A DNA stretch of 64,000 bases, taken from positions 62,001 to 126,000 of the forward strand of contig VRVR01000009.1 in the NCBI GenBank assembly GCA_009859145.1, read 5' to 3'. A program made the translations under genes and the position numbers. This stretch comes from Andalucia godoyi And28 (taxonomy: Eukaryota > Protista > Jakobida). Of the stretch, positions 59,114 through 64,000 are shown in pieces. Numbering within the stretch: position 1 is the stretch's first letter; the number at the start of each line of letters is the position of its first letter. The notes below the pieces were generated by a model that was not told the DNA's origin, ran no database searches, and was given only the letters and a program-made list of their open reading frames with translations.

Positions 59114-60484
59114 CTATGATTCCAAATGGCCACTTTGATAATATCGACCATCGGTGGACGTTAAAGGGGAATGTTCATACGACTGTGCAGCAGTCCTTCC
59201 GGCATTAACGGATAGTCGTGTCGCCAGGGAGGGTGGTCCTTGCGGTCCCCCCGATTGCAATGCTCCCCTGGAATCCAAGGCCCACAGCAACAGCCCCACC
59301 GGCAAGCATTCCAACACAATAAAATACAACGCAACGACTGCAACGTCTGTGGAAATTGAAACTACCCAAATTTGACTCAGAATCATAACTGCACGTGTCG
59401 TGAAACACGTGACAGACAGGAGCGTAACGACTCGCACACGAGATAGCATGGATAGTCTTCTGCCGGAAAGCACTGGAAACAGCCGAACTTTCGCATACAG
59501 CGCGAGTCCAAACAGTGCAAATCCAAGTGCCGTCAGCACAAACAACGCAGCAAGCACCGCGACAACAACCACTTGTGCAGTCTGCTGAGACTGAGACGAT
59601 GGCGACCCTGACAAGTACAGCATCACATCAAGCCCAATCATGGTGAGTGAAACACACGAAACTATACCGATCAGCAGCGGCCTCAACGGAGGCAGAGGTC
59701 CCAGATTCCTCGCGTAATGGTTAAGTTGTGCATAAAAGATAATGATTGCAGACTCGGCGGCCACCAGTGCGAAAGCCGGAGCGGCTTCCAGCGCAGCAAG
59801 CCACCAAGGCTGTGTTCTAGATGGTGTATTATCATCCCCGTCGTGATCCTTTGACCCTCTCACTCCCATCCGTAATCCGAATGAGCCATGTAGTGAAACA
59901 GCACTTCCTACGCCAAAAAAACCGCATCCGCTTCCCGATGAAACGTCCATCGTCGCCAGTTCGCCAAGTGCAGGCAGTGCATTTGTACCGGAACCTACGT
60001 GAAAACCAGTCGAGTTGAAAAGAGCGGTAGTCTTGCTGCGTTCTTGTGAGCTGGACGAACTGGAAGAATCGGAGGCAGTTTGAGACACGTCAGCGGCAAG
60101 CATGGAGAGATACACCGTTCTTCCGAGTGCAGCAAATGCAAGCAGCGAAAGGCATATTCTTCGTGGAAACAGCGCATCGTCGGAAAAGAGCACATACTGG
60201 GAAGAATGGTGCTGAATAAGTCGCATGGAATCAAGAGATCGTTGCGATTTCATCCGGACGCAACACACGACAGGTTTGAATAACATCAGCAATGAAGCAG
60301 AAAACAGTATTCCATAAACAGACGCAACTGCAACAACCAATGAAAACGAACAATTAGAATCACACATTTTTTTTCCCCCTTCCTCTTCTTCTCTAACTAC
60401 TATTTCTCCTGCGTCCTCTTGACTCTTAGCTCTCGGTCCTGGGCTCTGGAGGACGGAATATGAAGTACGCAGCACAGACTGCAT
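59114..60484 (-). CDS. THH1/TOM1/TOM3 (DUF1084, GPR137-like) seven-TM protein
   Basis: LEAAPAFALVAAESAIIIFYAQLNHYA, FALFGLALYAKVRLFPVLSGRR...RVRVVTLLSVTCFTTRAV and YFIVLECLPVGLLLW correspond to recalled TOM1 helices (LPGLLF..TY.LL.LFWAE; YGGRLF.ML.RFP.ES.GR; CF..R; E.LP..L.L). Confidence 0.78.
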   Translation of the reverse strand: MQSVLRTSYSVLQSPGPRAKSQEDAGEIVVREEEEGGKKMCDSNCSFSLVVAVASVYGILFSASLLMLFKPVVCCVRMKSQRSLDSMRLIQHHSSQYVLFSDDALFPRRICLSLLAFAALGRTVYLSMLAADVSQTASDSSSSSSSQERSKTTALFNSTGFHVGSGTNALPALGELATMDVSSGSGCGFFGVGSAVSLHGSFGLRMGVRGSKDHDGDDNTPSRTQPWWLAALEAAPAFALVAAESAIIIFYAQLNHYARNLGPLPPLRPLLIGIVSCVSLTMIGLDVMLYLSGSPSSQSQQTAQVVVVAVLAALFVLTALGFALFGLALYAKVRLFPVLSGRRLSMLSRVRVVTLLSVTCFTTRAVMILSQIWVVSISTDVAVVALYFIVLECLPVGLLLWALDSRGALQSGGPQGPPSLATRLSVNAGRTAAQSYEHSPLTSTDGRYYQSGHLES

Positions 60485-60826
60485 TCGGATTCATCCATTC
60501 ATCATTCCCGTTCAGACACGCTTCTCCTGTCTTTTCTTTTTCTTTTTCCCTTCGTTTCTAGCAGCTTGGACGCAGGTGCAAGCATCAAGGTCTCGTTTCT
60601 TCTTTGCGCAATGTCAAACTACAGTAAGGATGTCAGCGGGCTGCAGGACAGCGGATTCATCGTTTGGTTTCGCAGGAAATTCTTTGCTTCTTATTGGTGT
60701 CGTTTATTATTTTATTTTTATTAATCTTGGTTGCGGGGTAGTGGAGTTTCCATGCAGTTAGCTCTGCACGTTTTTTGGACATCTGAGAGAGAGCACGGGG
60801 GGCAAAATTGCGAGGGTTAGGTTCAG

Positions 60827-61723
60827 ATGGAAGGAGCCCAAGTTCCGCCTTTTAGAGGAACTGTGGCCGCAGCTGCGATTTCGAATTTTACGGCCTCTGT
60901 GTTTCTGATCTTGTTCAACAAGCTGTTGTTTAGAGGAACTTCGTTTCCGTTTCCAACGCTGCTTTCATGCTTGCACTTTCTCTCGACGTCGCTGGGTCTG
61001 CGGGTTCTTCAGAGGTTTGGAATTGTCCATGTACAGCCTTCTCCAAGCTCCCCAAAGCAAAAGCGGCTGCTGCTTATCGTTGCATTTGCGTATGCAATGT
61101 CCATTCCGCTGAATAACGCTACGCTGCTGTACAACAACGTTGGTTTCTATCAGCTTTCAAAAGTCGCAATCGCTCCTGTGGCTGCATTTGCAGAGTTTTT
61201 CTTCCTTGAAAAACGGTTCAAGAAACCGGCGCTTGCTGGCCTGGTTCTCACATGTGCTGGAGTGAGCTTGTCGACTGTGGATGAAGTTGCTGTGAACCCA
61301 GTAGGTGTGGTCATCGCTGTCTTGTCAATTTTGTCCACTGTGGCTTATCAGTTTCTGATCCGGAAAGCTTCGTCGTCTTTGAAGCTAAGCGGCCTGGAAC
61401 TCGTGTACCATGCGCTTCCGTATTCGATTGCGATCCTGTTGGTCCTGTGTCCGTTTGCAGACCCGCTGTTCTCTGCGCAGGTCGACTGGACTCCAAAGCT
61501 GGTTGCGCAGATTCTCACAACGTGCGTCCTGTCGGTTGTCCTTAATTGGTCTCTGTTTGCTCTTCTGGGATCGGTATCACCAGTAACGTTCAACGTCATG
61601 GGCCACGCGAAGACCGTTGCAGTATTGCTTGTGGCGTTCTTGTACTTTGGAGAAGCTTGGTCGCTGCAAAAGCTCTGTGGGCTGGTCATCGCTATCGCTG
61701 GAATGATTGTCTTCTCAAGATGA
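60827..61723 (+). CDS. Triose-phosphate/nucleotide-sugar transporter family (SLC35E3/UXT-like)
   Basis: SVFLILFNKLL, FPFPTLLSCLHF, LNNATLLYNNVGFYQLSKVAIAP, NWSLFALLGSVSPVTFNVMGHAKT. Confidence 0.9.
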   Translation: MEGAQVPPFRGTVAAAAISNFTASVFLILFNKLLFRGTSFPFPTLLSCLHFLSTSLGLRVLQRFGIVHVQPSPSSPKQKRLLLIVAFAYAMSIPLNNATLLYNNVGFYQLSKVAIAPVAAFAEFFFLEKRFKKPALAGLVLTCAGVSLSTVDEVAVNPVGVVIAVLSILSTVAYQFLIRKASSSLKLSGLELVYHALPYSIAILLVLCPFADPLFSAQVDWTPKLVAQILTTCVLSVVLNWSLFALLGSVSPVTFNVMGHAKTVAVLLVAFLYFGEAWSLQKLCGLVIAIAGMIVFSR

Positions 61724-61962
61724 GCTGTTCTTCTTCAAGGTGTAATTTACTTGCTTTGTACTAACAGACCTGTCATCGGGCATCTGTCTTTTATTTTTCC
61801 CCCTTTAGACGGGCTGGTGAAGGGAGAAAGCAGCAGCTAGGCAGCGATAAACATTAACGAATAAGTATCAGCCTTATGTACAAAGATCCGCACAGAGAAC
61901 TTCGGTCCGATAAAGGAGACGCTAAAAATAATAATATAAAAAAACTCATGAGAGATGATCAT

Positions 61963-63726
61963 TCAGTCCTTCATCGAAGAAAAATCAAATGACACACCCT
62001 GCTCCACTTCATCATCCTCGTCGTCGTCATTGTCAGCACTGCGTCGATTTGGAACAGAGACAGGACGAGTTCTCGACGCTGCTGACGGTGTCACAGCGGC
62101 CGGCGTGGGCTCCGAGAAAGAATGGCTGTTCCCGTTGGACTTTGGATACGGGGTTCGAGACGGCGTCGCAGCCAAAGGGTTAATCTTTGTCGGGCTCTTT
62201 GTTGGAGTCTTTGGTGGGCTCCTGTCAAAGCGTGTGCTGGAAGATGGCGTCTTCAATGGAGGAAGTCTTGTGGGCTTGACAGCTTCGGCTTGGGAATCGC
62301 CGAGAGACTGAACCGCTGTCGGAGTCTTGGCGCGGGGTGATGAGGAACTGGCATCCACAGAAGCTCGAGTGATTGATGTCGCCGATCCACTTCGTTCAAG
62401 AGATGCCCTCGGTGTCCGCGGAGAAGACGACAAGCCGTCCAGCTTTCTGTTCGACGAAGAATGCTGCACAGGGATTGCAAACAGAGATTTCGGAACCTGT
62501 CCCTTTGCTGCGGCTCGCGTCTGTCCACTTTTCTCTGCGATGCTGCCCTTCGCACCACTTCTTGTCTCGTTTTCCTCGTCGCGATCGTCATCATTCTTCT
62601 TCGCAACGGACACAGAAGCGCGGTAGGAAATGAATCCGAGGATTCCGTATATGAAGAGACCAACGACGAGAGCAAGATATTGGAACCACGTCACAGTCAG
62701 TCCCATGACACCAACGCAAAAGAAGAATCCTCCGGCCAGCTCAAACTGCAGACTGACGGTTCTCAGCCACTTATTTCTGGAAAACACAGCATCCAAAGGA
62801 GGTCTAATCACAAACAACAAGAATAATACGCCAACACTCACGTAGACATCATAATTCAAATCAACTGGAATCGGTTCCTGCTGGAAATATCTTGCGAACC
62901 ATGCGGCCGGAGCAAGCCCGATCCATTCGAGCAGGAGAGCATTTCTGACAGTTGTTGCAACATTTGTATTTGGTCCTGAAACAAGATTTGAGACGTGCAG
63001 TCTTGTTACGTGCACAAGTCTTGCAGCACATCCACACACGATTCCGTCCGTGGAAATCGAGAGAAATTCTCCGGATCCCGAGTACCAGAACAGGACAACA
63101 CATCCCACAGAGAGCACGGACAAGCACGAGTATCTATTGATCCATCTCGACGGATCTCTGTTTTCAGGATTCTTTGAAAATAACGTTGACACAACGAGAG
63201 ACAAGAATGGATCGAGCAGAAGCAGCACAATGACCCGCAGTGCATCGAGCTTCCACAGAGCCCACGCTGAAAGAAGAACTTCTGCGGCAGCGAACAGAAC
63301 AATCAGCAGCCTGGAAAAAAGGAGTGTTGAAGGAACAGCCGTGGACTGCGATGTAGAAAACAAGTAGAGGTACGAAACGAGCGACAAAAGTCCCGTAGAC
63401 CAAGTAACGGCCCAGAAAGGCTCCAGCGAAGACCCATACACCGGAGATATCGAATATGCCAGCGCAGCAAGCCTTAGTCCATCCATACCGAAACCTGCCA
63501 AGATGCGAAGCACTCGCCTTCTACTACTATTGCTATTACTACTACCGTTGCTGCTGCTAAAACTATGAATCAGAAGTTCCGACCAAAAACATGGACGAGT
63601 GATGCCGACAAAGAGTTCAACGAAAATCCTCTTTTCCGAATCAAAATTCGTCGATAACGGGAAATGGAAAGATGATTTCGCAACCGCTGGAAGAAAAGAA
63701 AAGGTAAGCAGCATCAATTGATCCAT
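61963..63726 (-). CDS. Multi-pass membrane protein (DMT-like, resembling the ZnT5 N-terminal region) with Ser/Pro-rich tail; 5' end uncertain
   Basis: About 9-10 hydrophobic segments, then a disordered S/P/T/K tail. The track start at 63765 is GTG; the first ATG is at 63726. A pyrimidine tract plus CAG at 63687-63705 could be a splice acceptor. Confidence 0.65.
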   Translation of the reverse strand: MDQLMLLTFSFLPAVAKSSFHFPLSTNFDSEKRIFVELFVGITRPCFWSELLIHSFSSSNGSSNSNSSRRRVLRILAGFGMDGLRLAALAYSISPVYGSSLEPFWAVTWSTGLLSLVSYLYLFSTSQSTAVPSTLLFSRLLIVLFAAAEVLLSAWALWKLDALRVIVLLLLDPFLSLVVSTLFSKNPENRDPSRWINRYSCLSVLSVGCVVLFWYSGSGEFLSISTDGIVCGCAARLVHVTRLHVSNLVSGPNTNVATTVRNALLLEWIGLAPAAWFARYFQQEPIPVDLNYDVYVSVGVLFLLFVIRPPLDAVFSRNKWLRTVSLQFELAGGFFFCVGVMGLTVTWFQYLALVVGLFIYGILGFISYRASVSVAKKNDDDRDEENETRSGAKGSIAEKSGQTRAAAKGQVPKSLFAIPVQHSSSNRKLDGLSSSPRTPRASLERSGSATSITRASVDASSSSPRAKTPTAVQSLGDSQAEAVKPTRLPPLKTPSSSTRFDRSPPKTPTKSPTKINPLAATPSRTPYPKSNGNSHSFSEPTPAAVTPSAASRTRPVSVPNRRSADNDDDEDDEVEQGVSFDFSSMKD

Positions 63727-63810
63727 GGGGAAACGTGCTTTCTGAAATGCGAGGCACTGCTTCACACATTTAGGTGTTTGGGTTTGCTTTTTGTGTTTTG
63801 TTTGGCTTCG

Positions 63811-64000
63811 TTATGGGTGTTGCTGCGCAGGGAAGACGTGGAGAAAAATGAGCTCATCGGTACCCAAAGAGTCCAATTCGGAATTCTCGCTTATTGACTC
63901 CAACGATGCGGATTTCAAGCGACTGGAGCAACTTTCTCGGCGGTTAGTTGAAGAAGACTTTAGTCTTTCCAATTTCCTTTCGTCCTCCAGCACGAATAAT
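63811..64000 (-). CDS. 3' end of a gene running off the window (partial)
   Basis: The reading frame is open from the window edge to TAA at 63811 (LFVLEDERKLERLKSSS...). It is followed by an A/C-rich stretch like other post-stop regions here. Confidence 0.45.
   Translation of the reverse strand, partial: LFVLEDERKLERLKSSSTNRRESCSSRLKSASLESISENSELDSLGTDELIFLHVFPAQQHP

Noticed and set aside
1-64000. tRNA, rRNA, telomeric repeat, CRISPR array, transposase/RT, or alternative genetic code
   Set aside because: I saw no T-loop/D-loop pairs, rRNA motifs, spacer-separated repeats or mobile-element domains. Conserved genes end at TAA, TAG and TGA with no in-frame stops, consistent with the standard code.

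Overview
This is a gene-dense, intron-poor eukaryotic nuclear window using the standard genetic code, with about 30 protein-coding genes in 64 kb. CFAP43, IFT20 and POC1 indicate a flagellated organism. An organellar-type SerRS and an LYR-motif protein indicate mitochondria. The compact layout resembles a free-living protist such as a jakobid, but this is inference and cannot be confirmed from the sequence. Recognisable housekeeping genes are AIP1/WDR1, translin, a cyclin, NAA20, an ABCC transporter, RPT3, Rab GDI, ITFG1/LINKIN, an LMBR1-family protein, a TOM1/GPR137-family protein and an SLC35E-type transporter. Three GT-AG introns were reconstructed by hand with good support and one with weaker support. 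I found no rRNA, tRNA, CRISPR or transposable element. The top lead is a Ki-67-like protein at 36108-39905: N-terminal FHA domain, SILK-like plus RVxF PP1-docking motifs, an array of repeats carrying CDK sites, and a basic C-terminal tail. It is preceded by E2F- and MSA/Myb-like motifs that recur upstream of the cyclin gene. Other leads are a TALE homeobox gene with a MEINOX-like segment and tandem TGACAG sites in its own upstream region, an orphan transcription-factor candidate, and several bacterial-type families (DUF4272, COG4339-type HD, GT2-like). All family assignments come from recalled motifs, with no database search. Where the ORF track began at GTG/TTG or inside a microsatellite, I moved the start to the first plausible ATG.
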